In this document: piece by piece, positions 10,803 through 21,522 of the stretch
How the letters are laid out: each line of letters begins with the position of its first letter
Position numbering within the stretch: position 1 is the first letter of the stretch
Source: an uncultured Methanosarcinaceae archaeon
Lineage (GTDB): Archaea; Halobacteriota; Methanosarcinia; Methanosarcinales; Methanosarcinaceae
NCBI GenBank assembly: GCA_963847185.1
Contig: CAWJYV010000008.1
Coordinates: 960,001-1,024,000 of the forward strand
Reading direction: 5' to 3'
Length of the DNA: 64,000 nucleotides
The notes under the pieces: model-generated
Seen by the model: only the letters and a program-made list of their open reading frames with translations
Told to the model about the DNA's origin: nothing
Database searches by the model: none
Position numbers and translations under genes: made by a program

Positions 10803-11149
10803 TCACTGATCCTCGGTGGTAGAATTCGGCATTTCACCTGGGTTTCCAGCTGGAGGGGCTCCTCCTGGTGGCTTGGTAGAGTTGTTAATTGGATTTCCAG
10901 CTGGTGGAAGTTCCTCCCGAAGGCATGGTAGAGTTGTTACCTGGGCTTCTAGCTGGTGGAGCTCCTCCTGGTGGCATAGTAGAGTTGTTACCTGGGCTTC
11001 CACCTGGGAGCATAGTAGAGTTAGGTGACACTTTACCTGAATCCTCCTCTGTAGGGGCAGTAGTATCGGACTTTTTATCAGTACATCCGGACATCACTAC
11101 TATTGATATAAGTAGCAAGCCGATTACTAAAAAGACTTACTTTTTTCAT
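10803..11149 (-). pseudogene. Frameshifted small lipoprotein with Pro/Gly-rich repeats
   Basis: RBS GAGGTGA plus ATG 11149; removing one base near 11131 and one near 10910 gives MKKVSLLVIGLLLISIVVMSGC... followed by PGNNSTMPPGGAPP repeats ending at TGA 10803. Confidence 0.7.
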
Positions 11150-11817
11150 TACATCACCTCGCGTGTTATTGAAATTTAATTCTGTATTTTTTAGGGAATA
11201 TAAAATATGACTTCTAAATTTTCAATATCAATTCCCCTAATCTAAGGCAGTACTCAGAATTTACTATAGTAGTATTCAGAATTTGCTGTAGTTATAGGTC
11301 GAATTTTTACTTGTTATGTGCAATTTGATTCTTTCGAGGTACTGCGCAAATTTTGAGTTTTAATCACAATATCTCATTCATTCCGTTTTCATGTATTTTG
11401 CCTGAGTAGTACCTATACTTCTTAATTTTTACATGTCCTAAATTGCCAGACAAATAAATAAAGATACTTTGAAGAAAAGAGTGAAAAAGAATGCTTTATT
11501 GTCATTTAAATGTTAATAATTATTTATACTTTCAAATAAAACTTTATTATTAGTTTATATTAAAATAAGCTTAATTTAAAGTATTATTCTTTTGTGAGTC
11601 GTCATGATAACAACAAGATCGGCTAAGTAATATAGAGAGTTGTAGAGAGTTTCGCAGTCAGAAAAGCATATCAGCAGATCAAAGTATTCTGGGGAAAGGA
11701 TTATTTAATTTCCACAACTAGTTTTTCCTTTATTTTGATGTGGCAGGGTTCCATTAAACTCGATGGTAAAAAGACGTCTTTAATTAGTTGGCGTTCTTGA
11801 GGTTTTCACGTTCGCGG

Positions 11818-12129
11818 TTACAGTCTGGCCGGAGATGACACTAAAGCTATCAGTTTCTCCAACATAATATTCTCATTCTCCAACATATTCTCATACTTCA
11901 CATATACTTTGTACATACTTTCCGGAACACTGGGTGAGGTATAACATCCATTATCATCGATATATGAGATACTGGCTGTATTACTCGTACTCGTTAGGTT
12001 CCATAATTCTACCTGAGACGCATATAATAAATTGTTTACTAAAAGCTGTGTTATCCCATCGTTGTAAAAAATTGTGCCGGTTATATATCCCTTGTCTTCC
12101 GGACGTGTAATTTGCTCGAGCGCCACCAA
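11818..12129 (-). pseudogene. Fragment of a beta-sandwich (carboxypeptidase-regulatory-like) surface-protein domain
   Basis: GYITGTIFYNDG...VELWN...IDDNGCYT...VPESMYKVYVKY pattern; no signal peptide; isolated in AT-rich DNA. Confidence 0.4.
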
Positions 12130-12788
12130 GCTTTTGATAAGTCATGTGAAATTAAGAAAAAAATATATAATTATGTTTTAACTGCATACTCTTTTTTGGG
12201 GACAATGTAAAGGAAATTTAACATACAAAGTGTTACTCTTCCTGACTCAGCCTCATAAATCTTTTATCAGAAAAAAGTAAAGTGACATTTAAATATATTT
12301 AAATAATACCATGGACTCTCCGAACCTGCCATTTCTGAAAATAGCTAAAATACGTTACTCTTTCCTAACTTGCGGCTTCAATAGTTCTTCAGGTAAGGCA
12401 TAAGAACTTTTTCATAAGAGATATACTCAGGGCAAATAGTTTGAAAGTTTTTGTATTATCTTAGTCTCAGCTCAGATCCTCAAGTTTCTAACCTCTGAGG
12501 AGTTTGAAGGATTAATGCTGCTGATTATCTTTTTAATGTCTTATTTTTGTTCTTTCAAGTTCAATTAATAAATAAAAAATTTGAGGGGTGTTTAATTTTG
12601 GAATTTACCGTTTTATATAAAGGGATTACGGTCTTTTATTTAATATCTTTTATTATTTTTTTCAACAAAACTTTTTTATTGGTAGTTATCCGATATACTG
12701 ATATAACATCCTATATATATTTAGCTCACTTTATTAAGTTGAGACTTCTAAAGGTAATGTATAAATTCTAAAAAAGGTTGTTTAAGTT

Positions 12789-14006
12789 ATGAAAGCTATT
12801 ATCCTTGCAGCAGGAGAGGGGCTGCGCTGCAGGCCTCTAACTCTTACTCGTTCTAAAGTAATGCTTCCCATCGCCAACAGGCCCATTTTGGAACATGTCA
12901 TTAATTCGCTCGAAAAAAATGGAATATCTGAAATTATACTGATTGTAGGATATGAAAAAGAACGAATAATGGACTATTTTGAGGACGGGCTGAACTTCGG
13001 AGTAAAAATAACCTATGTAGAACAGAAAGCTCAGCTTGGTACAGCACACGCAATAGAACAGGCAAAGAAGTTCATTGGTCCGGAAGATTCGGAATTTCTT
13101 GTATTGAATGGAGACAACATGGTTGAACCCAAGACCATAGCTGATCTTCTTAATAATTATGAGGGGGATGCGAGTCTTCTAACAGTGAGAATGGAAGATA
13201 CAGCAGGTTACGGTGTGGTGCTGAAAGAAAGAAAAAAGGTTACGCAGATCTTGGAAAAAAGACCTGGAGATGTAAGCCGGATTGTGAATACTGGAATTTA
13301 TGTTTTTACGCCTCATATTTTTGAAATCATTGAAAAGACTCCGATCTCTGAAAACGGAGAATATGCAATAACAGATACTCTCCAGATTATGATAGATGAA
13401 GGAAAAGACATTACAGCGGTCCCTACAGAATCAAAATGGATAGATGCTGTCCATGCCTGGGATCTGCTGAAAGCAAACGCTATTGTTTTAAACTCCTCCA
13501 AGAATCTGAAAGTAGAAGGGGAAGTGGAAGAAGGAGTAGTAATCAGAGGAAAAGTAGCAATTGGGAAAAACACGAAGATTCGCTCAGGAACCTATATTGT
13601 AGGTCCTGCAGTTATCGGAGATAATTGTGATATTGGCCCAAATGTTGTCATTCTCCCTTCAACAACAATAGGAAACAATGTATCTATTCGGTCTTTTACT
13701 GAGATCCAGAACAGTATCATAATGAACGACTGTAGGATATACTCTCACGGACAAATTTCTAATTCCGTAATTGGAAGCAACAATACAATCGGCTCAGGAT
13801 TCTTTGTTGAAGAAAAAGAAGGTCTGGCAATCAACATGAATGGAATGCTTCATCGAGCTCCCAGGTTAGGTACGATCTTTGGAGATGATAACAGGATTGG
13901 AAACAGCGTACTTGTTAAAGCTGGTGTAACGATAGCTGTCGACTGTCAGGTGGAATCCGGAGTCACTGTATACAGGAACCTTTCCCGTCATTCGGTGGTC
14001 CTTTAA
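12789..14006 (+). CDS. glmU: Bifunctional sugar-1-phosphate nucleotidyltransferase/acetyltransferase (GlmU-like, paralog 1)
   Basis: ILAAGEGLRCRPLT N-terminal motif, hexapeptide left-handed beta-helix C-terminus, in operon with glmS and glmM. Confidence 0.85.
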   Translation: MKAIILAAGEGLRCRPLTLTRSKVMLPIANRPILEHVINSLEKNGISEIILIVGYEKERIMDYFEDGLNFGVKITYVEQKAQLGTAHAIEQAKKFIGPEDSEFLVLNGDNMVEPKTIADLLNNYEGDASLLTVRMEDTAGYGVVLKERKKVTQILEKRPGDVSRIVNTGIYVFTPHIFEIIEKTPISENGEYAITDTLQIMIDEGKDITAVPTESKWIDAVHAWDLLKANAIVLNSSKNLKVEGEVEEGVVIRGKVAIGKNTKIRSGTYIVGPAVIGDNCDIGPNVVILPSTTIGNNVSIRSFTEIQNSIIMNDCRIYSHGQISNSVIGSNNTIGSGFFVEEKEGLAINMNGMLHRAPRLGTIFGDDNRIGNSVLVKAGVTIAVDCQVESGVTVYRNLSRHSVVL

Positions 14007-14025
14007 TCTTAAAAGGGGTAAAAAA

Positions 14026-15879
14026 ATGTGTGGAATTGTAGGATATGCAGGGGAGAATTCTGCTGCATCTGTCATTATAGAATCCCTCAAAAAACTCGAG
14101 TATCGCGGATATGATTCGGCTGGTGTTACGGTTCTGGGCAGCGGCATCGATACTTACAAGTCTGTAGGTAGGATTGTAAACCTTGAAGCCATAATCCCGG
14201 CAGGAATACATGGCAATATAGGAATAGGGCATACCCGTTGGGCGACCCACGGGCGGCCGAGTACGGTAAACGCCCATCCGCATAACTCTGGAAACCCATG
14301 CAAAATCTCGGTCGTACATAACGGGATCATCGAGAACTACATGGCATTAAAAGAACAACTGACTGCAGAAGGATATGAGTTCAAGTCTGAAACAGACACC
14401 GAAGTAATCGCCCACCTCCTGCACAAACATATTTATGGAAAATGCGACGGAAAAGAGACAAACTGTGATTTCCATCTAGGGCTCAGGGAAGCTCTCAAGG
14501 AAATTGAAGGTTCTTATGCTCTTGGAATTCTCTTTGCTGATGAACCTAAAAAACTCTTCCTTGCCAGGAAAGACAGTCCTCTTGTTATAGGTCTTGGAAA
14601 AGGAGAAAACTTCGCAGCATCAGACGTAACTGCTTTCCTGAATTACACCAGAGATGTTATTTTCGTAAACGACTTCGAAACAGCAATTCTGACTCCTGCC
14701 AGTGTAGAGATCTTTGACAGGGAAGGAAAAGTCCGAGAAAAGAAGATAGAGAAGATAGAATGGGACTTTGAGGCTGCTGAAAAAGCCGGTTACGAACATT
14801 TCATGCTTAAAGAGATCCACGAACAGGTAAGTGCAATTCATAATACACTTGCAGGTAAGGTCTCGGAACTTGAAGGTTCAATATCTCTCAAAGAACTGAA
14901 TATGAGCGATGAAGAGATCAAGAAACTTTCCAGAGTCCAGATCCTGGCATGTGGGACCTCCTGGCACGCAGGATTTCTTGGAAAATATCTTTTCGAGCAG
15001 CTGGCAGGCATTCACTGTGATATAGATATCTGCTCTGAGTACAGGTACAGAAACCCTGTAATGAATGAGGGAACCCTCGCCATTGCAATAACTCAGTCCG
15101 GAGAAACTGCAGATACCCTTGCCGCTGTGCGTGAAGTCATGTCTTATAACTGCCCTACTCTTGCAATCACCAATGTTGTAGGAAGTACCATTACAAGAGA
15201 AGCCAATAGTGTGCTCTATACTAGAGCAGGGCCGGAAATTGGAGTCGCGGCGACCAAGACATTCAGTACTCAGCTCACTCTTCTTTATTTGCTCGCCGTC
15301 AAGTTTGCTCTTGTAAGAGGTAAGTTAAGCCCGGATTATGTTAAAGGATTTATTACTGAACTCAGAAAAGTACCAGGCCAGATCCAGCAGATCCTCAATC
15401 AAAAAGAATCAATAAAGGAATGTGCAGAGACTTTTGCTCAGGCAAAAAGTTACTTCTTCCTTGGCAGACACCTCAATTATCCGATTGCTCTTGAAGGAGC
15501 CCTCAAATTAAAGGAAATTTCTTACTTGCATGCAGAAGGTTTTGCTGCAGGTGAGCTTAAACACGGACCAATCGCTCTACTCGAAAAAGGAACACCTGTG
15601 GTTACAATCGCGACAAAAGGGCAGACTTACGATAAGGTTCTGAGCAATATAAAAGAAGTAAAAGCAAGGGATGCAGTCGTTATTGCAGTAGCCGATAACA
15701 AAGACACCGAAATTGCAAAATATGCGGATATGGTCCTTAGAATTCCTCAGAGTGACGAACTTCTTGCCCCGCTGCTGAGTGTTGTAGTTCTCCAATTGCT
15801 CGCTTATTATACTGCTCTTGCCAGAGGATGCTCTATTGACAAGCCGCGCAACCTTGCAAAAAGCGTAACAGTGGAATGA
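14026..15879 (+). CDS. glmS: Glutamine--fructose-6-phosphate transaminase
   Basis: MCGIVG start, GHTRWATHG, SIS domains, PRNLAKSVTVE end. Confidence 0.98.
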   Translation: MCGIVGYAGENSAASVIIESLKKLEYRGYDSAGVTVLGSGIDTYKSVGRIVNLEAIIPAGIHGNIGIGHTRWATHGRPSTVNAHPHNSGNPCKISVVHNGIIENYMALKEQLTAEGYEFKSETDTEVIAHLLHKHIYGKCDGKETNCDFHLGLREALKEIEGSYALGILFADEPKKLFLARKDSPLVIGLGKGENFAASDVTAFLNYTRDVIFVNDFETAILTPASVEIFDREGKVREKKIEKIEWDFEAAEKAGYEHFMLKEIHEQVSAIHNTLAGKVSELEGSISLKELNMSDEEIKKLSRVQILACGTSWHAGFLGKYLFEQLAGIHCDIDICSEYRYRNPVMNEGTLAIAITQSGETADTLAAVREVMSYNCPTLAITNVVGSTITREANSVLYTRAGPEIGVAATKTFSTQLTLLYLLAVKFALVRGKLSPDYVKGFITELRKVPGQIQQILNQKESIKECAETFAQAKSYFFLGRHLNYPIALEGALKLKEISYLHAEGFAAGELKHGPIALLEKGTPVVTIATKGQTYDKVLSNIKEVKARDAVVIAVADNKDTEIAKYADMVLRIPQSDELLAPLLSVVVLQLLAYYTALARGCSIDKPRNLAKSVTVE

Positions 15880-15960
15880 CGAGATAAACTGAGAATTTCA
15901 AAATTGAAACATAAGGATAATTCTAGATGAAAAAATTAAAGAAATCTAGGAGTGGGATAC

Positions 15961-17265
15961 ATGAAACTCTTCGGATCTTCAGGAATAAGAGGCATAGCAA
16001 ACAAAGAAATTACACCCGAACTTGCACTTAAAGTCGGGATGGTGTTGGGAAGCCGGAAAAAAACTGCGGTTATCGGGAGAGACCCAAGAGTTTCGGCGCC
16101 TATGATAGAACATGCCCTGATTGCAGGATTAACTTCAGCAGGCTGTGATGTTACAGAGGTAGGTCTTGTTACTACCCCAACTCTCGCATACGCAGCAAAA
16201 GACTACGAATGCGGAGTAATGGTCACAGCCTCCCATAACCCTTCTGAGTATGTAGGGATTAAACTCTGGAACCCTGACGGCATGGCCTTTGATTCGGCCC
16301 AGCAAGACGAAATTGAAAAAGCTATTGAAGAAGAGAGCTTTTCCAGAGTTCCCTGGAACCTTATTGGCAAATTCGAAGAAGATGGAAATGCTATTCGGGT
16401 CCATATGAATATGATCAAAAAGCTCGTAGGAAATTCCAGTCTGAAAATAGTGCTGGATTGCGGGTGTGGGGCCGGAGGGACGATCAGTCCGTATCTCCTT
16501 CAGGAATTAGGCTGTGAGGTAATAACCCTGAACGCACAGCCAGACGGCCATTTCCCTGCAAGGAACCCGGAGCCTGTTGATGAAAATCTATCTCTCCTGA
16601 AAAAAGCTGTCGTAGATTTTGGAGCTGATCTCGGGATAGCGCACGATGGTGACGCGGACAGGATGATGGCAGTAGATGAAAATGGTAATTTCGTCTCCGG
16701 AGACGAAATGCTTGCAATTTTCGGGCTCTTCGAATGCGCTGGCAATAAAGGAAAAGTTGTCGTGCCTGTGGACACATCAATGATGGTTGATGATTATCTC
16801 GAGGGCTCCGAAATTGTGAGAACCAGAGTAGGGGATGTCTATGTTGCAGAAGGCATAAAGCAGTGCGGGGCCGTCTATGGGGGCGAGCCTTCAGGAAGCT
16901 GGATTTTCCCGAAGATTTCTTACTGCCCGGATGGAATTTATGCAGCTGCAAAACTCGTTGAGATTTTAAAGGATACGAAATTAAGCGAGCTTCGGAAGAA
17001 ACTTCCCAGATATGCCACAAAAAGAGAAGCTTTCCCCTGTGCAAATGAGAAAAAGGCAGAGTTTATGAAAAAGGTAAAGGTGAAACTTTCGCCTCTTGGA
17101 GAGGTTCTTGATATCGATGGTATTCGTGTGGAGATGGAAAACGGGTGGATACTTGTTCGCCCATCGGGTACAGAGGCAAAAGTGAGAATTACGGCTGAAG
17201 CCCGGGAAAACGTTGATGAGATCTTTGAAAAGGCTGAAAAAATAGTGAAGGAGGCTCTTAAATGA
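15961..17265 (+). CDS. glmM: Phosphoglucosamine mutase
   Basis: [21 protein letters not shown] and RPSGTE motifs; glm operon context. Confidence 0.92.
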   Translation: MKLFGSSGIRGIANKEITPELALKVGMVLGSRKKTAVIGRDPRVSAPMIEHALIAGLTSAGCDVTEVGLVTTPTLAYAAKDYECGVMVTASHNPSEYVGIKLWNPDGMAFDSAQQDEIEKAIEEESFSRVPWNLIGKFEEDGNAIRVHMNMIKKLVGNSSLKIVLDCGCGAGGTISPYLLQELGCEVITLNAQPDGHFPARNPEPVDENLSLLKKAVVDFGADLGIAHDGDADRMMAVDENGNFVSGDEMLAIFGLFECAGNKGKVVVPVDTSMMVDDYLEGSEIVRTRVGDVYVAEGIKQCGAVYGGEPSGSWIFPKISYCPDGIYAAAKLVEILKDTKLSELRKKLPRYATKREAFPCANEKKAEFMKKVKVKLSPLGEVLDIDGIRVEMENGWILVRPSGTEAKVRITAEARENVDEIFEKAEKIVKEALK

Positions 17266-18455
17266 AAGCAGTTATCCTTGTGGCAGGGAAAGGCACAAGG
17301 ATGGAGCCTCTGACTTCTAACTGTCCTAAAGTTATGCTCCAGATTGCAAATAAGCCCATTCTTGAACATATTCTGGATTCAGCCATAGAAGCAGGCATTG
17401 AAGGTTTTGTCTTCATTACGGGTTATCTGGAAGACCAGATAAGAGAGTATTTCGGAGACGGTGGTAGATGGGGGGTAAGCATAGAATATGTCCAGCAAAA
17501 GGAACAATCAGGAACTGCAAATGCAATAGGTTGTGCAAAAGGACATGTTGAAGGTGCTTTCCTTGTACTTAACGGGGACATGCTTATAGGACAGGAGGAC
17601 CTGAAAGCTCTGGTTTCAAGGAAAGAAGAAGCCGTTATCTGCGTAAAAGAAGTAGATAACCCTTCCGATTTCGGAGTACTTGAAACTGAAGACAGTAGGG
17701 TAGTCAGGATAATTGAAAAGCCTAAAAACCCTCCTACTAACCTTGCAAACGCCGGAATATATCTTTTCAGAGATTCCATATTCGATTTTATTGGCAGAAC
17801 ACCTGCATCGGTGAGAAATGAATTCGAGATCACTGATTCCATTCAGATGCTGATTGATAGTGGAGCGACGGTAGGCTACAGCCCTCTCGGGGAGAGGTGG
17901 ATAGATATCGGATACCCCTGGGATCTATTGAAAGCAAATGAACACCTTCTGAAAGATCTTAAGGGGAGCTGCGAAGGTATCGTGGAACCGAATGCAACCA
18001 TAAAAGGTGAAGTTGTGATCGGAAAAGGTGCTCTTATCAGGAATGGCTCTTATATTGAAGGGCCTGTCGTAATAGGAGAAAACTGCGATATAGGGCCTAA
18101 CTGCTATATCCGTCCTTCTACTGCGCTTGGAAACAACGTCAGGATTGGAAACGCTGTAGAAATCAAGAACACAATTGTCATGGCAAGTACACATATTGGA
18201 CATCTGAGCTATGTAGGTGATAGCGTAATCGGATGCCATTGTAATTTCGGAGCAGGTACAAAGGTTGCAAACCTTCGCCACGACGGAAAAAATATAAAAG
18301 TAATGATAAAAGGCAGGATTCTCGATTCTGGCAGGAGAAAACTAGGAGTGATTATGGGAGACGATGTGCATACAGGTATCAATAACAGTATAAACATAGG
18401 TGTAATAATGGAGAAAGGAAGATGCACATCTCCTGGAGAAGTGATTAAGCATTGA
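17262..18455 (+). CDS. glmU: Bifunctional sugar-1-phosphate nucleotidyltransferase/acetyltransferase (GlmU-like, paralog 2)
   Basis: [23 protein letters not shown] and [14 protein letters not shown] motifs. Confidence 0.9.
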   Translation: MKAVILVAGKGTRMEPLTSNCPKVMLQIANKPILEHILDSAIEAGIEGFVFITGYLEDQIREYFGDGGRWGVSIEYVQQKEQSGTANAIGCAKGHVEGAFLVLNGDMLIGQEDLKALVSRKEEAVICVKEVDNPSDFGVLETEDSRVVRIIEKPKNPPTNLANAGIYLFRDSIFDFIGRTPASVRNEFEITDSIQMLIDSGATVGYSPLGERWIDIGYPWDLLKANEHLLKDLKGSCEGIVEPNATIKGEVVIGKGALIRNGSYIEGPVVIGENCDIGPNCYIRPSTALGNNVRIGNAVEIKNTIVMASTHIGHLSYVGDSVIGCHCNFGAGTKVANLRHDGKNIKVMIKGRILDSGRRKLGVIMGDDVHTGINNSINIGVIMEKGRCTSPGEVIKH

Positions 18456-18539
18456 ACAGAGATCGAATATTTTAAAAACAGGATCAAAGTCTCTTCCCTT
18501 GAAAAAGGGAAAGGGAATTGTGCATTATTTTTGTCAATA

Positions 18540-19073
18540 TTATGAATAAAGCTGCCTTAAAGTCCAGAGAGCTGTTTTTCGGAAGAATCCTTCAGTTTCC
18601 ACTTTAAGGGACTCCTCGTTCATTTTTTCTACTGCTTTCCTTAATGGATCTTCAGAATCAAGTACTTCTTTTATGATTTTTTCGTCACTTTCCACTGTTA
18701 TGGAAGGTCCGAATGCTGAGTTTGGATCTGTGGCGGTGTTATACTTGTAAAACTCTCCTACTTGTCCACTTCTCATAAGTAGAGTTACATTTAGCATGTC
18801 ACCGTTTTCAAGTTTTATTCTCCCGGCTATTTCTTCACTTCCAACAAGCCTTTGAAGAACTGAAGGAACTTTATCGAAGTTTTGATTATAAAGTTCTATG
18901 TTTTTACTTAATTTTGTGAAGAGATCATTTTCATTAGTAGAATTATCAGGAGCCTCGTAAAGGTTAGCTTTCCTGATGTTATTCGCATCCGAGGCCGCAC
19001 CTGCTATTGGGACAAACGAAAGTACAATGAGAAAGAGTAAACTCAAAGCTTTAGTTCTACTGCAAGGAACCAT
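18540..19073 (-). CDS. Secreted hypothetical protein
   Basis: 177-aa ORF with signal peptide (RTKALSLLFLIVLSFVPIAGAA). Confidence 0.75.
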   Translation of the reverse strand: MVPCSRTKALSLLFLIVLSFVPIAGAASDANNIRKANLYEAPDNSTNENDLFTKLSKNIELYNQNFDKVPSVLQRLVGSEEIAGRIKLENGDMLNVTLLMRSGQVGEFYKYNTATDPNSAFGPSITVESDEKIIKEVLDSEDPLRKAVEKMNEESLKVETEGFFRKTALWTLRQLYS

Positions 19074-19341
19074 GGTTGAAAATACGGGGCAGATATATAA
19101 AAAATTATCAGTATAAATAGAAATTTTTCTAATAAGTAAAGACCAGATAAATACTTTAGCTGGCCGAATCTCAAAAACAGGATTAAGGGCAAAGAAGCAA
19201 ATATTTAAGGAACTTCTGGTAAAATAAATTATATATTAAGAAGGAGTTTTTTAAGGAAAACAAAGCAGGTAAGGTTAAAACTCGAGTAATAATCAAAAAT
19301 AAAAATTTACCGAAAGTGTCTTTTGAGGCACAGGTAAATTC

Positions 19342-19521
19342 TTAAAGCTTAAGAGATGGTCTAAACACTTCAGTGCAGTATTTGTCGAAGACCTGGTCTT
19401 CAACCTGCTCGCAGATTTTCTTATATTCTTTTGATTTCGGATCGTGTTTGCTCATATTTTTTTTGACTTCAGCATTCATCTTATCAAGGGTTTTCTGGTC
19501 AAAACCTTCCGTATTCTCCAT
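19342..19521 (-). CDS. Small hypothetical protein
   Basis: 59-65 aa charged helical ORF MENTEGFDQKTLDKMNAE...; TATA-like sequence upstream. Confidence 0.6.
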   Translation of the reverse strand: MENTEGFDQKTLDKMNAEVKKNMSKHDPKSKEYKKICEQVEDQVFDKYCTEVFRPSLKL

Positions 19522-20213
19522 AGTAAACATAAAAATCATTCTCTGAAATTACCTTATTTGGTACAAGGTTTAAATTATTGGCTATATAAATTATCTTATA
19601 TGCCTAAATAACACTACTGTGCAAACTCAGGAATTAATATATAAACATGTTATTCTGGTAATTTCATAACTATATATTAATTCTTAAACTATGCTTGAAA
19701 ATTATTTATTCAATAATTGCAAGTTTTATATTATTCATCTAATATATTAGTTTTCTCTTCAATCGAGCATTGGTATACCATATAAAGGATCTTAATGTTA
19801 AAACTCTAACGTCAAGATTTTTAGAAAACCTTTTATTTTACTTAATTGATTATTCAAACATATATAGGAGTAAATCATTTATTTGTTTACTCATATAAGT
19901 ATTTTACACCCATCTAATATCTTTCAGGACATTAGTTTCCATGCTGTATATTTGCAGCCCTATTACATATCCGTGTATTTATTTTTACATATATTACATA
20001 TTTAGCTGCATATTTTGTTACAGGTTTTGATTCGGATCTTATAGATGAATTTAAATATATCTCGATGAGGGTGCTCCTAGAAGATTATTTTCTAAAATCT
20101 AAGAGACAGATAGGGCTTTCGCAGTCGAATCTTTATTTCATTTTTTTGGGTTAATTTTATTAGCCCTTCGGATTACTATAGGGATATAGAAAAGTATTCG
20201 AGTTGATTACAAA

Positions 20214-21332
20214 GTGCGATCAGTCTCACAAAGAGTTAATGCGAAAAAAACTCATGAAAACACCAACGAGTTTGGAAAATCCACTTCCGAGCTTCTGATT
20301 TTGAAGCCTGAAGGTTATCCATTGAGCGGCATGATGGATGAATATCCTGTAATTGAAAATAGGGACGTTTTTGAATTCTATGCCAGAGAACAGTGGAATG
20401 GATGTATCGCCCGCAAAGGGGATTATCTCTTTGACAGACGGATGTTCCCGGACTTTGCTTACCGGATTATAGATGTTGAACCTGCTGAATCCATAATAGG
20501 AAATTCAACCTCGATTATTGTAACTGAAGAGGAAAATGGTATTCCTTCCTCGGGAGAAATTAAGAGCAGTGTTATATTTGATGACGTAATAGGGCAGGAA
20601 CTTGCAAAGCAAAAATGCAGGCTAATAGAGCGTTTCCTTGAAGAGCCCGAACGCTTTGGGAAATGGGCTCCAAGAAATGTCCTTTTCTTCGGGCCCTCAG
20701 GCACCGGAAAAACTATGCTTGCAAAGGCTCTTGCAAACAAAACTGATGTACCTATCATTCCTGTCAAAGCTACTCAGCTTATAGGAGAATATGTGGGAGA
20801 TGGAGCAAGGCAGATCCACCAGCTTTATGACCGTGCAGAAGAGATGGCTCCCTGTATAATTTTCATTGATGAACTTGATGCTATAGCTCTGGACAGGAAA
20901 TTCCAGGAGTTAAGAGGAGATGTAAGTGAAATTGTAAATGCTCTGCTGACAGAAATGGATGGCATAGTTGAACGTGACGGGGTCTGTACTATCTGCTCAA
21001 CAAACCGGATTTACTCTCTGGATTCTGCTGTAAGAAGCAGGTTTGAAGAAGAGATTGAGTTTGTCCTTCCTGAGGAAGAGGAAGTCATCCGCATATTCGA
21101 ATCTAATGTAAAGACTTTTCCTTTGCAGGTAGAAAATTGTGATTTCCAGATTCTTGCAAAGAGATCGAAAGGGCTTTCAGGTAGGGATATTGTGGAAAAG
21201 GTCTTGAAATCAGCCCTTCATCAGGCCATTATTGAAGATAGGGAAATAGTGACTGGTAAGGATTTTGAAAAATCCCTTGCAAAACTTGGTAGAAAAGAAC
21301 TCCCTCAGGACCCTTCTGGACTTTATGTCTGA
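20214..21332 (+). CDS. AAA family ATPase (archaeal COG1223 type)
   Basis: Walker A GPSGTGKT, Walker B IIFIDELD, second-region-of-homology LDSAVRSRF. Confidence 0.92.
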   Translation: MRSVSQRVNAKKTHENTNEFGKSTSELLILKPEGYPLSGMMDEYPVIENRDVFEFYAREQWNGCIARKGDYLFDRRMFPDFAYRIIDVEPAESIIGNSTSIIVTEEENGIPSSGEIKSSVIFDDVIGQELAKQKCRLIERFLEEPERFGKWAPRNVLFFGPSGTGKTMLAKALANKTDVPIIPVKATQLIGEYVGDGARQIHQLYDRAEEMAPCIIFIDELDAIALDRKFQELRGDVSEIVNALLTEMDGIVERDGVCTICSTNRIYSLDSAVRSRFEEEIEFVLPEEEEVIRIFESNVKTFPLQVENCDFQILAKRSKGLSGRDIVEKVLKSALHQAIIEDREIVTGKDFEKSLAKLGRKELPQDPSGLYV

Positions 21333-21522
21333 GCTTTGCATAAACATTATTTTACTTTAATAAACTCTGTTTTAAGATCCTAATAGTTATAAAATCTTAA
21401 ACGTGATTATAAGATTATGAGAAGAATCTCTACGATATGAAGATGCAGCTTTTGGTGCAGTGATGTAACCTATTGAGTGCTATTTACGGAAAATTGCAGA
21501 TAGTTTGACAGGGGGACAAGGT

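Noticed and set aside
12789-18455. Two glmU paralogs flanking glmS-glmM as a novel system
   Set aside because: A common arrangement in Methanosarcinales and other euryarchaea
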